This document shows, one piece after another, positions 44,952 to 54,245 of a stretch of 62,259 nucleotides of DNA. A program made the position numbers and the translations under genes. Location of the stretch: IMG/VR virus record IMGVR_UViG_3300046003_005119, positions 1 through 62,259 of that record; one strand, written 5' to 3'. Below the pieces are notes generated by a model. That model ran no database searches. It had not been told where the DNA came from and saw only the letters and a list, made by a program, of their open reading frames with translations. How positions within the stretch are numbered: position 1 is the stretch's first letter; each line of letters starts with the position of its first letter. This stretch comes from a virus (lineage: Duplodnaviria > Caudoviricetes).

Positions 44952-45463
44952 GATGGTGCGCCTCTTCTTGTCCAGGTCGCGGGTCGCTTGTCAGTCTTCC
45001 ATCTCGCCAACAGATATTCTTGGTAGGATACTGGAACAGGAAGCCATGTGAAGTCAAGACCGAGACCATCGTTTCTCGCCGAATTTTGAAATGGTAACAG
45101 ATCGCCAGACGGGAGACAATCATAGAATCTGTGGATATACTGGGTTCGAACGCTGCTGCTGTGAAAGGAGTCGAAGCGATAGGTCCATTCGTGTCCTAGG
45201 GCATAGGAATGTTTGATAGTCCAGTAGAAGTTGCGTTTCGAACCACGAACCCAGACAGCGCAGGGATGATTTGCGTGTGTGAGTTTGCAAATCATGCCTT
45301 CACCGACGTGATCATCGATAGGATCAATGAAGTATCCGTTCCAATGAAAATGCAGAGCAGATGACAGAAGCTGGTTCGTCTCCATCAGCATCTTGCCGAG
45401 CCTCTTATCGTCAAGAGCCTCGGCGCACTCCTTTGGGCATGTCGACGTGATGAACAGGTTCAT
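44933..45463 (-). CDS. Pyrimidine-dimer DNA glycosylase-like (endonuclease V family) protein
   Basis: MNLFIT..CP..CA..LDDKRL.KML.E..QLLS; HANHPC.VW; W..R..P.W. Confidence 0.75.
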   Translation of the reverse strand: MNLFITSTCPKECAEALDDKRLGKMLMETNQLLSSALHFHWNGYFIDPIDDHVGEGMICKLTHANHPCAVWVRGSKRNFYWTIKHSYALGHEWTYRFDSFHSSSVRTQYIHRFYDCLPSGDLLPFQNSARNDGLGLDFTWLPVPVSYQEYLLARWKTDKRPATWTRRGAPSWVQKQ

Positions 45464-45466
45464 GAT

Positions 45467-45937
45467 CTATCTCCGATATTTCGTTATTTGAGGTTCGGCA
45501 AATGGATTCTTGCCTGCACCCATCTTGGTCGGCTTGATGTAGCTTGACTCATCCATCTTGGTCGGCCAGATGTAGTGTGACTCATCCCAAGACGAGAGAA
45601 GCTTGAAGTAATCTTTTTTACTCTCAAGCGTTTCTGTCACACGCTTCTCGATCGAAGAGTAATCGATTTCCGTCATCTTGAGAGGTGGACCAGAATACCT
45701 CATCCATTTAGCCACATCTATCATGTGAGATAGTAGTCCATCATAGCCGTGTTCGATAGGATCGATAATGGTGATGCGAGTCAACTTCTCGGCGGGACGA
45801 TAGTAGTCCTTGATGTCTTGGCGCAACTGAGCAAGAAACTCGGCGACCTGCTCCTCAGTCGCCGAGTCCACATCAATCGCGGGCCTGCACTTGAGAAGCC
45901 ACGCGCCGACGCTGTCTGATTTCCGCCTGTATGACAC
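45467..45937 (-). CDS. Hypothetical protein
   Basis: Contains a duplicated PTKM segment. Confidence 0.55.
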   Translation of the reverse strand: MSYRRKSDSVGAWLLKCRPAIDVDSATEEQVAEFLAQLRQDIKDYYRPAEKLTRITIIDPIEHGYDGLLSHMIDVAKWMRYSGPPLKMTEIDYSSIEKRVTETLESKKDYFKLLSSWDESHYIWPTKMDESSYIKPTKMGAGKNPFAEPQITKYRR

Positions 45938-46100
45938 GCTCTGCCTCCTTCGCTTTCATCTTGATGACACTCGTTCTTTCTGGATGAAACCAACGAGAAT
46001 CTGTGGTATCAAGAGCATATTGAACAACGCTCTTGGCGAACTTCGCAGTGACGTTCTTGTCGAACGTCACCTCAACGATCACTCTGTGAGCGCGTCTCAT
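45873..46100 (-). CDS. Hypothetical protein
   Basis: TGATG coupling; overlaps the next ORF. Confidence 0.45.
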   Translation of the reverse strand: MRRAHRVIVEVTFDKNVTAKFAKSVVQYALDTTDSRWFHPERTSVIKMKAKEAERVIQAEIRQRRRVASQVQARD

Positions 46101-46318
46101 CACTTGACTCGCCAGATGCGAGCTCCACCGTCGACGTTGCGAGCGGTGAATTTCCAGCAGTTCTTCTTCCGCCAATGAGCAGCGGAGTTCGTGAGCTGAT
46201 CGCTGGTCTTTCCTTCTTCGAAGAAGGAATCGCCAACCTCCATGGCGGCGAACGGATACTTCACCGTTCGGCTGTATCCCTCGGGCAGAGGGACATCTTT
46301 TTCAATCTCAATTGCCAT
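46100..46318 (-). CDS. Small phage protein
   Basis: IEKDVPLP....KYPF..MEVGDSFF...RIWR, a pattern common in phage proteins. Confidence 0.7.
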   Translation of the reverse strand: MAIEIEKDVPLPEGYSRTVKYPFAAMEVGDSFFEEGKTSDQLTNSAAHWRKKNCWKFTARNVDGGARIWRVK

Positions 46319-46487
46319 TTCTGAATCCTTCCATTGAGTCCTGCAACGATTCGCAGGCTTTGTCGTAGATCTGGTGAGCGTCGCCACCAAATATCGCGAA
46401 GAACATGTCCGATGACATGATCAGCACTTCGTCTTCGAGCTTGACCTCAACTCTCTGAAGAGTCTCATCTTCAAAGAGGAGTTTCAT
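46308..46487 (-). CDS. Hypothetical protein
   Basis: Start MKLLFEDE; start uncertain. Confidence 0.45.
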   Translation of the reverse strand: MKLLFEDETLQRVEVKLEDEVLIMSSDMFFAIFGGDAHQIYDKACESLQDSMEGFRNGN

Positions 46488-46521
46488 GCTCAGGAATTCT
46501 TCGAGCGTCGCATGTCTGGTG

Positions 46522-46827
46522 CTATATGTGAAGGTCGACACTTGATCCCTCCCACGCTTCACGCTTATCGGGCCAAGTGGAAAGAATGTATTCAACAGTC
46601 TTTCCGCGCAGCTTTCTTTCCCAGTTGCGAGCTTCATCGAGGAACAGATTGAAGTGTTCATCGTTCTCGAGGAAATCAGCACAGGCGAGGTTCACCAGCG
46701 CCTTAAGAGACGAGCCATGAGCGACAGAAACTCGGTATAGCCGAATTTCGGCCGCGCTCGGCATTGGAAAGCCCAAGTTGGTGCGAGCGAAAATCGCTGA
46801 CCACACGATGAGATCAGGCTTGTCCAT
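46522..46827 (-). CDS. Hypothetical protein
   Basis: GGAGA RBS before MDKPDL. Confidence 0.55.
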   Translation of the reverse strand: MDKPDLIVWSAIFARTNLGFPMPSAAEIRLYRVSVAHGSSLKALVNLACADFLENDEHFNLFLDEARNWERKLRGKTVEYILSTWPDKREAWEGSSVDLHI

Positions 46828-47017
46828 TGTAGTCTCCAACGATCGTGGCTCCACGATTTCGAACGTTGTGATTCGCGCAGATATCGCACATGCGATACGG
46901 CTCGGGATCGCGAGTTTTCACGATCTTGGCCGCAGGTCGATTGCATGGAATGTAGAAGTTGTGAGAAGCAGGGCTCGCTTCTTCACAACAGTGAGGCTTG
47001 GCTTTCAGATCCATCAC
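46814..47017 (-). CDS. Small Cys/His-rich protein
   Basis: C..C motifs; coupled. Confidence 0.55.
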   Translation of the reverse strand: MMDLKAKPHCCEEASPASHNFYIPCNRPAAKIVKTRDPEPYRMCDICANHNVRNRGATIVGDYNGQA

Positions 47018-47226
47018 AGCCCTTGCTCCTCAACCTGCTTGGCGGTCAAGATGGTGTAGACACCATCGCAGCGAACGACCCAGTCTCCGGGGCCACCAAG
47101 GACATCACCGATCGTGATGCCTTCTTCATCCCCGTCCCATTCCTGGGTGCATTCATGGAGGAACTCGACCATCTCCTCGCTGGGCATCTCATCACGCTGC
47201 GGGATTTGGAACTTGACAATGGTCAT
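47014..47226 (-). CDS. Small acidic protein
   Basis: GGAGG RBS; PGDWVV motif. Confidence 0.6.
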   Translation of the reverse strand: MTIVKFQIPQRDEMPSEEMVEFLHECTQEWDGDEEGITIGDVLGGPGDWVVRCDGVYTILTAKQVEEQGL

Positions 47227-47381
47227 TTGCGACCTCCATCAATCGCAACCAAGCCACAGCGACCGACTTCGATGCCGATATACTGAAGCTCAGATTCTGC
47301 GCTCTTCATGGTGCAGCTATACATATCATAGCAGACCATATCCCACAGATCCTTGAACTTTCCTCTGAAATAGAACTTCAT
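47223..47381 (-). CDS. Small early protein (52 aa)
   Basis: GGAGGCTACCATG leader; MKFYFRGKFKDLW; ATGA-coupled downstream. Confidence 0.55.
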   Translation of the reverse strand: MKFYFRGKFKDLWDMVCYDMYSCTMKSAESELQYIGIEVGRCGLVAIDGGRK

Positions 47382-47406
47382 GGTAGCCTCCTTGCTTTAC
47401 CCTACC

Positions 47407-47435
47407 AGTATGCCTCCGGAGGGCGCGGATGACAA
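47407..47435 (-). promoter_or_regulatory. Early promoter
   Basis: TTGTCA-N17-CATACT. Confidence 0.75.
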
Positions 47436-47447
47436 GTTCTAGTTGTC

Positions 47448-47699
47448 CTATTTCACCAACCAGAGTTCAAAGCCTAGAGCCTGGATCAGTGTCAGCATCG
47501 TGGTATGACGAGGCCACTTTGTTCGTCCGCTACGAATGGAGAACAGCGTCGATTTGTGAACGCCGATCCTGTTGGCGAGTCGCTCGATATCCTCTTGGGC
47601 ATAGAGGGCATCTCGCAAGGCGTCCATCAACGCCTCGCGATCAGAAACCCTGACGGCCCGCTTCTCCTTGTTCAGGACAAATTGGACGATGTTTGTCAT
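47448..47699 (-). CDS. XRE-like HTH protein
   Basis: IERLANRIGVHKSTL.SI.SG.T..P...T...L..ALG. Confidence 0.75.
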   Translation of the reverse strand: MTNIVQFVLNKEKRAVRVSDREALMDALRDALYAQEDIERLANRIGVHKSTLFSIRSGRTKWPRHTTMLTLIQALGFELWLVK

Positions 47700-47935
47700 C
47701 CCTCCACCTTGTGCAATTCGCCAGCAGCGTTGCGGACATACTTCTGGCCGAGGCCCAGACCGAGTTTGCCGTATCCGTTCATCTTGAAGGACTTCTCAGT
47801 CATGGTTGCCCAAGGACCGAGGCGACCGTTATATCCCTTGGTCGCGGCGTCGTAGACAGCTTCACCCTCTTTCTGGGTGAAGGTATCGCCAAAGTCGTCT
47901 TGGGTATACTTCTCGGCGCTCAGGTAACGAGTCAT
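47696..47935 (-). CDS. Small phage protein
   Basis: YDA.T......GPWA.M......G.GKLG.GLGQKY. Confidence 0.65.
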   Translation of the reverse strand: MTRYLSAEKYTQDDFGDTFTQKEGEAVYDAATKGYNGRLGPWATMTEKSFKMNGYGKLGLGLGQKYVRNAAGELHKVEG

Positions 47936-48144
47936 TTCTCAACCTCTTTTGTAAGGATTTTCAGTGCTTCAGGGCCAGCGTGTTTCTTGCAGAGATACCT
48001 CCCGCTGATGAAGTATCTCGCGCTCCACTTGCATTGACGATCGCGTTCGGGTGTATCGTTGGCATAGTTCGACTGCCTGATCGCCTCACACTGTGGGAGG
48101 TCAGGAGCCACCGAAGGCACATAGAGAACGCGAAAGTCGGTCAC
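47932..48144 (-). CDS. Small protein, possible Zn-binding (C, C, C..H)
   Basis: GTGA/ATGA-coupled ORF. Confidence 0.55.
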   Translation of the reverse strand: MTDFRVLYVPSVAPDLPQCEAIRQSNYANDTPERDRQCKWSARYFISGRYLCKKHAGPEALKILTKEVEK

Positions 48145-48380
48145 GACTTCTGCCCTCCACTGACGATTTCATCGAACATCTGTTGCAGGTCGTCAAGGGC
48201 AATCTGCAACTGCCCCCGCTTATACTTCTTCCCAGTGATTTCACCAGCCTTGCGAAGCATGTTGGTCGGGGTGTATGAGCGATTGACCGTGAAGCCGGTT
48301 TTGAGATAGAACTTGATCGCTCCTTTGATTGCCACAAGAACGAAGCTATCGACTTCAGCTTTGCCAGTGAATGTTGTCAT
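48141..48380 (-). CDS. Early hypothetical protein
   Basis: Leader motif and promoter. Confidence 0.65.
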   Translation of the reverse strand: MTTFTGKAEVDSFVLVAIKGAIKFYLKTGFTVNRSYTPTNMLRKAGEITGKKYKRGQLQIALDDLQQMFDEIVSGGQKS

Positions 48381-48405
48381 GGTAGCCTCCTGGGTTTACT
48401 AGACC

Positions 48406-48434
48406 AGTATGCGCTCTGACGTCTGAGATGACAA
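48406..48434 (-). promoter_or_regulatory. Early promoter
   Basis: TTGTCA-N17-CATACT. Confidence 0.75.
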
Positions 48435-48444
48435 ACTAAACGTA

Positions 48445-48657
48445 TCAGCTCAGGAAGGCAACTTGTCCAAGATCTATCTTATCCAGAACAGGTCTGCGCT
48501 CCATCGCATGAAGAGCATATGTATGTGCTGAGACGATATTCAAGTTCTCATCGAGGCCGAGCATCGGGCATGAAGTTGCGTTCACAGCGAGAACAAGCCA
48601 ATACCGAGTTGGCTTGCCTCCCTGAGCGGCGTAGAGATTCCCAGGCTCGACTTTCAT
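48445..48657 (-). CDS. Hypothetical protein
   Basis: ATGA-coupled. Confidence 0.55.
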   Translation of the reverse strand: MKVEPGNLYAAQGGKPTRYWLVLAVNATSCPMLGLDENLNIVSAHTYALHAMERRPVLDKIDLGQVAFLS

Positions 48658-49589
48658 CCGAACATCCTGTTGATAACTTCGATGAGATACGAAGTGTCGA
48701 CGAGTTCCGGGTTCTCTTTGTTCTTGGCACGTTCAAGCACCTGCGAGAAGTAGGCAGCATCGACGCCGGTGAGTTGTTCTTCCAAAATCTTAAAACTTGT
48801 GAGATCAAGTTTTGAGATTTGCAAACACATCTTCAACGTCTGCCCTGCATTGATCTGCCAGCCGCGCAGAATGAACTTCTTCATGCGGAAGACTGAGCAG
48901 ACCGGATACAGAGATCCGTTGTAAACCAAGGTCTTGGACATCAGCGACTCGAGAGCGTCTTGACGGAGAACGACGCCGCCCTCGAAGGTCCAGTAGTTCA
49001 TGCAATGCACGAAGTCGAAGTTCTCGTGGATAGCATCAACTGGCCCGAAGAAGCGCAGAATGACCTGAACGTCGTCGCTGAGAGTGATTGCATTCGATGA
49101 CAAGAACACCGGTCGATAGGCTGGACGTTCCTGTTCAGGATCGCTCGTCCGGTCTTGGTCGAACGAATCCTCGACATATTGACCAGCCTTCTCCTCATCA
49201 GGAACGGATTCAAAATACTTGTAGTCCTGCTCTTGCTCTTCACCTGCGATGCCGGCAGACTGGATTTTGATACGGACGCGATCTCGGCCGATAGTATCCG
49301 TCAATTCCTCGACCATCATCTCGTAAGGAATCCCGCCGTTCTTGTGCCGCTGTGCGATGAGGAACTGGTTCAGGTAATGATGAGCCAGAGCCAACGTCGT
49401 CTCCTTGGTCTTGAAGTAGACGTCGTAATCATTGACCTTTTCGCCCAAAAGCATGGAGGCGATGCAGCCGCCAGTGACAATGACATCACGCTTCGCAGCG
49501 GCCTGCATTTCCTCGGGCAGACTGGCGAGCCACTTGTTCATCTTCGAAGCGATGACCAAGTTGATATTCCGTTTCCTCATTCCCATCAT
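48654..49589 (-). CDS. Pol-beta-fold nucleotidyltransferase-like protein
   Basis: VTGGCIAS.......NDYDVYF (GG..DxD) and FDFVHC. Confidence 0.65.
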   Translation of the reverse strand: MMGMRKRNINLVIASKMNKWLASLPEEMQAAAKRDVIVTGGCIASMLLGEKVNDYDVYFKTKETTLALAHHYLNQFLIAQRHKNGGIPYEMMVEELTDTIGRDRVRIKIQSAGIAGEEQEQDYKYFESVPDEEKAGQYVEDSFDQDRTSDPEQERPAYRPVFLSSNAITLSDDVQVILRFFGPVDAIHENFDFVHCMNYWTFEGGVVLRQDALESLMSKTLVYNGSLYPVCSVFRMKKFILRGWQINAGQTLKMCLQISKLDLTSFKILEEQLTGVDAAYFSQVLERAKNKENPELVDTSYLIEVINRMFG

Positions 49590-49889
49590 TTGTTCTCCAG
49601 ATTGTGAAACGCAATTCTGAAAGGACCAAAAGCCAGAACCAGCTTTCCCGGCTTAGATCTGGTCACGCCAAATCTCCAAGACAATGGAGCGAGGCCAATC
49701 ATAATAAGTGGATTCATTTTTCAGGTGTCCTCTTCATTGTTACGACGACTTGCAGGTCGTCACGATATAGAGCGTTGTAGTGTAGGCGACAGAGTCTGAC
49801 ACCGTCAATCTCTGTCGTCGCTTTTTGCTGGCACCTCTGCAAAGCTGGAATCTTGCAGAAGTGCTGAACTTTGAGGATCGCACAGCAGA

Positions 49890-50102
49890 TCACTTCTTCC
49901 ACTCCTCTGGAATAGGTTCAATCCAATGTGGCTTATGGTGACTTGCCATCTTCCACTCCTTTCCATCAGGATGCCAGTAGAACCAATGTTCTCCAGCAAC
50001 ACCGATGTCCTTTCTCTTGTAGAAGCCCATCACGTTGTGATCGCCGATGTAATGGGTCGCACCATCAGGAGCATCTACGACGACTGGAACGGTGAGTTTC
50101 AT
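49890..50102 (-). CDS. Small phage protein
   Basis: APDGATHY motif. Confidence 0.6.
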   Translation of the reverse strand: MKLTVPVVVDAPDGATHYIGDHNVMGFYKRKDIGVAGEHWFYWHPDGKEWKMASHHKPHWIEPIPEEWKK

Positions 50103-50290
50103 TCGCAGACATCCTTCTTTTCAGACTTCCAGCCAGTTGCAATAACGACGACAGCGATAGGCCAAGCCAGAAATGCGACCGGATACTTGACAGAAGGTTC
50201 TGATCGTCGGCAGCCTGAGTCAAGACCTATTGAATAGCCCCAGAGCATGGAGGCCCCACAAATCCAGACCCAGAGAAGCCTGCTCATCAT
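50099..50290 (-). CDS. Small membrane protein
   Basis: Two hydrophobic segments. Confidence 0.5.
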   Translation of the reverse strand: MMSRLLWVWICGASMLWGYSIGLDSGCRRSEPSVKYPVAFLAWPIAVVVIATGWKSEKKDVCE

Positions 50291-50306
50291 CCGCGTCCTT
50301 TCAGCA

Positions 50307-50522
50307 TCATTTCATATCACAGCTCTTGAACCGTCCGTCGAAGAACTGCTCGCTTGGGCGAATCCACACAGGGCCGCTTCCATCATACGATTGGTAGACA
50401 ACCATCGGTTTCAAGCTGTTCTCGAACAGCCCATGATGGAGGATCTTGTAGTGACCTCCAGTCTTGGTGTGAACCCACACGCTCGCGGGTTTTTCGTGGG
50501 ACGACGGGTCTTTGATGGTCAT
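50307..50522 (-). CDS. DUF1653-like protein
   Basis: H.K.GG.Y......E.....MVVYQ......W.RP...F.DGRF. Confidence 0.7.
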   Translation of the reverse strand: MTIKDPSSHEKPASVWVHTKTGGHYKILHHGLFENSLKPMVVYQSYDGSGPVWIRPSEQFFDGRFKSCDMK

Positions 50523-50779
50523 TCGACAAACTCCTGTTCTGTGAATATCCCAATCTGTCCGTTGGAATATTTCGTTCTCCACTGACCCCAAGGGTCTTGA
50601 AACGCATCTGGATGGTGTTCCCGATGCAATTCTGCTTTCTCCATCGTGGGAAACTTGGCCTCTGTGTAGAGTTTCTTCGCCCAAGTGCGACCTTCGCAGT
50701 CGCCTATGTATCCCATACGGAATACATAGACAATGCGGTAAGTCCGGAGTTCGTAGCCATTCTCGTCGAGACGTTTCAT
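50519..50779 (-). CDS. Hypothetical protein
   Basis: ATGA-coupled; AGGAG RBS. Confidence 0.55.
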   Translation of the reverse strand: MKRLDENGYELRTYRIVYVFRMGYIGDCEGRTWAKKLYTEAKFPTMEKAELHREHHPDAFQDPWGQWRTKYSNGQIGIFTEQEFVE

Positions 50780-51921
50780 GGCAACTCCTTCACCAGTTGG
50801 AAAATCTTGTCGAACAGGAACTGCTGAAGTCCCAAGCTCTTGTCAGTGTATCCCATAGTCTTGTGAACCCACTCCTCATAGAGGGTCGACGACAGCCAGT
50901 CGACGCCTTTGGCGAGGCAGGTGCGGGCGATGTAGATTTCGCCATCCTCGACGCAGCCTTCGACGCCGATGCCGAGAAACTCCACAACTCGAACTTCTTC
51001 AAGTTTCAGGTTGCAGTTCAGCTTGTGAAGTGGTCTCAGTGCTGTCTCCAAGGTGAAAACCTCAGCGACGGACAAGATTGCAGCCTCACGAACCACAACT
51101 TCTTTGCGCTTGTTCTTGAGCAGATTCTTGGTGTTGCTGTTCAGCCTCGCATTGTCCTTGACAAGTTCGACCGCATCCAGCATCTCTTCGGAAGGATCGT
51201 AGCAGTCCGAAAAGTCGAAGCTGCTCTCGTATCCGTCCCATTCAGGATCAACGATCTTGCGGCAGAACTCAGGATCGGCGATCTTCGGCAAGCGACAGCC
51301 TGCCTTATAGTTCGCGTCATACACGGAGGCCAGCGTCCGATCCTCGGTCAGAACCATCGGCATGGTGTAGTTCAGCGTGAAGCGCATCGGCTTTGGCAGA
51401 TCAGCCACGCGGACGCCGCGATAGTAGAGGTGACTGGACTGGCCGCGATGAACTTCAAGGCCGTCGACAGTCCACGCGGGATCAGTCTGCAGAAAGATCT
51501 GGCTGCGATTGTCGAACGCCAGTTCGATCTCTTCGCCGGTAATCGCCCAGACAGTGTCACACTCATTGGGCGTCCGAGCAATGCGCCCCATCTCGTCGAT
51601 GCAGTTGGAGTGCAACTCACGATAAGCCTGCCAGACGACCCAGTTCTTGCCGAGATCGGTCGTGAAGGCGAGCTGCTCGTCTTCCATATAGACCATATCG
51701 AATTCTTTGCCGCGAATGGTCTTCCTACGAGTGGTGAACTCGATGTTCGAAGTCCCCTGATGCAGGACGACACGATGCCCAGTGCGGAGCAGGGTCGCGA
51801 TTGCGAACTTCAGTCCGGTGCCAAAGTAGCCAATCGGGTTCTCGTTGTCTTTCACGGAAACACCCATCGTCCGAATGACGTCGAGGTCCATGTGACCGTT
51901 GTTGCTGAAATAGATGGTCAC
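50776..51921 (-). CDS. GHKL/HATPase-domain protein
   Basis: G.S.K......IGYFGTGLK and RELHSNCIDE. Confidence 0.7.
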   Translation of the reverse strand: MTIYFSNNGHMDLDVIRTMGVSVKDNENPIGYFGTGLKFAIATLLRTGHRVVLHQGTSNIEFTTRRKTIRGKEFDMVYMEDEQLAFTTDLGKNWVVWQAYRELHSNCIDEMGRIARTPNECDTVWAITGEEIELAFDNRSQIFLQTDPAWTVDGLEVHRGQSSHLYYRGVRVADLPKPMRFTLNYTMPMVLTEDRTLASVYDANYKAGCRLPKIADPEFCRKIVDPEWDGYESSFDFSDCYDPSEEMLDAVELVKDNARLNSNTKNLLKNKRKEVVVREAAILSVAEVFTLETALRPLHKLNCNLKLEEVRVVEFLGIGVEGCVEDGEIYIARTCLAKGVDWLSSTLYEEWVHKTMGYTDKSLGLQQFLFDKIFQLVKELP

Positions 51922-52109
51922 CCGAAAATCTCCTTCTGCTCAGCTTCTGTCATACCAGTCAGTATGAACTCGCGTTCTGTGGGCGTCAGATTCGGGAACG
52001 CATCCTGCACGAATGCACCTTTCTCGAACGCAGAAATCTGTTCATCAGTGATGTCCAGTTCCATCTCGTTGACCTGTCCGGTCAGACGATTCAGTTGCTT
52101 AACAATCAT
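51918..52109 (-). CDS. Small phage protein
   Basis: Leader motif; QDAFPNL...EREFI.TG.T. Confidence 0.65.
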   Translation of the reverse strand: MIVKQLNRLTGQVNEMELDITDEQISAFEKGAFVQDAFPNLTPTEREFILTGMTEAEQKEIFG

Positions 52110-52175
52110 TTCGGTAGCCTCCATGGTATAACCTGTTTATACAGGCTACACCATAGAGGCTCAGAGCGACAAGTT

Positions 52176-52763
52176 CTACTTGTCATCTCCGAATGTCAAC
52201 TTTTCAGCCTGGACACGCAGCCATTTCGACTTGTTCTCCTTGGGCGACCGAACCTTCGTATCGACGTCTTGCACCCGCCACATGAGGCCCGAGTTGACCT
52301 CGATCAGGACATCATCCTTGTTGACCTGACCCTTCTCGGCGATGACGTGCATGTTGTTCGATTCGCCACGAACATGGTTGCCCAGAAGGATCAGGCTGAT
52401 CGTGTAGGGCAGGACGAGTTCGATCGCCTCTTGTGGAAACGCTTCGACTTTGCCGCCCTCACCCTTCATTTCCAGGACAGCTTGTCCGGCCGAGTTCGTC
52501 GCAATCTTGATGCCGAAGCGCGGAGTTTCTTCTTTGGTCTGGTAGAGATCGCTCATAGTTGGTGCCTCCTCAGGCTCTGACTGTGTTTCGTGAAATAGAA
52601 CATGATCGCTGGCAGGTCGCCACTTCCGCCAGTGACTTTCATCACTTCCAGCATAGGAGTAACTGGAAAGATATTCGCATCTGATCTTATCACCAGAGAC
52701 TTGTCTCACAATCTGTGGTGATTTTCCTGTCTTTAGTCGGACGATGTCACCGACCTTGAACAT
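52176..52763 (-). CDS. Hypothetical protein with YodC/DUF2158-like N-terminus
   Basis: MFKVGDIVRLKTG; AGGAG RBS. Confidence 0.6.
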   Translation of the reverse strand: MFKVGDIVRLKTGKSPQIVRQVSGDKIRCEYLSSYSYAGSDESHWRKWRPASDHVLFHETQSEPEEAPTMSDLYQTKEETPRFGIKIATNSAGQAVLEMKGEGGKVEAFPQEAIELVLPYTISLILLGNHVRGESNNMHVIAEKGQVNKDDVLIEVNSGLMWRVQDVDTKVRSPKENKSKWLRVQAEKLTFGDDK

Positions 52764-52935
52764 AGCTTGGTCTCCTTTTCGGCCGGATCGACATTTCGAA
52801 TAGATGACAAGTTGTCTCTAGGTTCAACTTGTCCAGAGCCGTCATCGCCTCCTGACAATCATTCCAAGAGTCAGCTTCGGCCAGATTGTATCCGGCTCCA
52901 TTGACCCAAATGAGAAGGACAATGACCTCTTTCAT
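52747..52935 (-). CDS. Small hypothetical protein
   Basis: ATGA-coupled MKEVIVLLIWV. Confidence 0.5.
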   Translation of the reverse strand: MKEVIVLLIWVNGAGYNLAEADSWNDCQEAMTALDKLNLETTCHLFEMSIRPKRRPSYVQGR

Positions 52936-53402
52936 TTGTCTCTCAACTCCCACAGAAGGTTCAAGGTCGACACGACCATGTTATACATCTCTGGGCTGTT
53001 GTAGACACGATTTGCCCCAGAAGGATGTGGAATCACAGTGAACAGACCGTGATGTTCCCACGTCGGATGATCGAAGAATTGACAGAACTCATACTTAGTC
53101 CTGTCAATCTCGAAAGCCTCTGCGACGGCAGGCCCAAGAAGAACAACACGCTTTCCACGCAGAAGCGGTCGCAGGTTCTGTGCCGCCTTGATATTGTAGG
53201 CTGGAGAAAACCCGTCAGGATCGTAATACGGGCTCAGGTTCACGCAATCAAAGTGCTCGCGAAAAGCTGCCTCTGTAACTCCCATCATCTTGATGAGTCG
53301 GTCGCCAGAACTTCCCGGACGGACGGGAAGGATCAGTCCCTCATCCTCGTAGCGGGACGGTTGCTGGCCGATGAATACAATGTTCGACACGTTGCTCTCC
53401 AA
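52932..53402 (-). CDS. Uracil-DNA glycosylase-like superfamily protein
   Basis: VFIGQQP, SG.RL, VVLLG..VA, IPHPSG.NR.YN. Confidence 0.75.
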   Translation of the reverse strand: MESNVSNIVFIGQQPSRYEDEGLILPVRPGSSGDRLIKMMGVTEAAFREHFDCVNLSPYYDPDGFSPAYNIKAAQNLRPLLRGKRVVLLGPAVAEAFEIDRTKYEFCQFFDHPTWEHHGLFTVIPHPSGANRVYNSPEMYNMVVSTLNLLWELRDK

Positions 53403-53451
53403 CTGGGTTTATTGCTTAGTATGGCTCCGAGAGGCCTCGGAGAAAAGCAAA

Positions 53452-53838
53452 TTAAATCCAGTCCTTCGGATTGTGTTCCCAGTCAACGTATCGCACTCGG
53501 CCATTCCTAGCAGTATAGCGTAGAGCGATGTATTCAGGTTCGAAATGCGGTCCATCGTTTTCGCCGAATTCGGCCGGACCGACGTTGAAATTCTCTGGTC
53601 GAACGTGAACAACTTTCAGTCTGAACTGCCCGCGCCAGATCATCTCGTTTACTCGAAAATCTTGACGAAGTTCCATATGAAAATCATTATCCATCCTCAA
53701 CATTCGATGAAAGTAATGCGATGTCTCGAGGTAACTTTCAGGATGGTTCTGATAGAAATCAGGTTTCCTCACTGCCTGATGCCACAGAGTGTCCGCTATC
53801 CTATAGAGTTGCGGAGGATCTTTCACGATCTTTGACAT
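53452..53838 (-). CDS. Hypothetical protein
   Basis: GGAG RBS before MSKIVKD. Confidence 0.5.
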   Translation of the reverse strand: MSKIVKDPPQLYRIADTLWHQAVRKPDFYQNHPESYLETSHYFHRMLRMDNDFHMELRQDFRVNEMIWRGQFRLKVVHVRPENFNVGPAEFGENDGPHFEPEYIALRYTARNGRVRYVDWEHNPKDWI

Positions 53839-54067
53839 ATTCGCTCCATATAAAGACGCCGAACCATTCGGTCCCGTCCTCGATATCCAGTGTTTCTCTG
53901 TTATTAGAGATCCATTCATAGAACCTCGGATCTCTAATCCATTCATATCTTATTACGATTCTTGTTCCACGAGATCGTATGAAGTCTGCCCATTTGTCTC
54001 TCGCTGGGATAGGAACCCTCGATCCCATCGCTTTGAACAGCTTCTCTCGAAGAATATCATGGTTCAT
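53801..54067 (-). CDS. Hypothetical protein
   Basis: ORF in the operon. Confidence 0.5.
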   Translation of the reverse strand: MNHDILREKLFKAMGSRVPIPARDKWADFIRSRGTRIVIRYEWIRDPRFYEWISNNRETLDIEDGTEWFGVFIWSEYVKDRERSSATL

Positions 54068-54245
54068 CGAAACGGCTCACTAACTGCTTGAACCACTTTA
54101 CAGCGAACTCTTTATCATTATTTGCAACCACAGAAAGCAAGAATTCCACATCAGCCCTGTCGATCACAATCTTCTGCGAACGATATCCGCTTGGAAGCTT
54201 TCCGACAGTTCGCCCGACCCCGTTCTTATCGATTGAGATCATCAA
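54057..54245 (-). CDS. Hypothetical protein
   Basis: Coupled to the ligase stop codon. Confidence 0.5.
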   Translation of the reverse strand: MMISIDKNGVGRTVGKLPSGYRSQKIVIDRADVEFLLSVVANNDKEFAVKWFKQLVSRFDEP

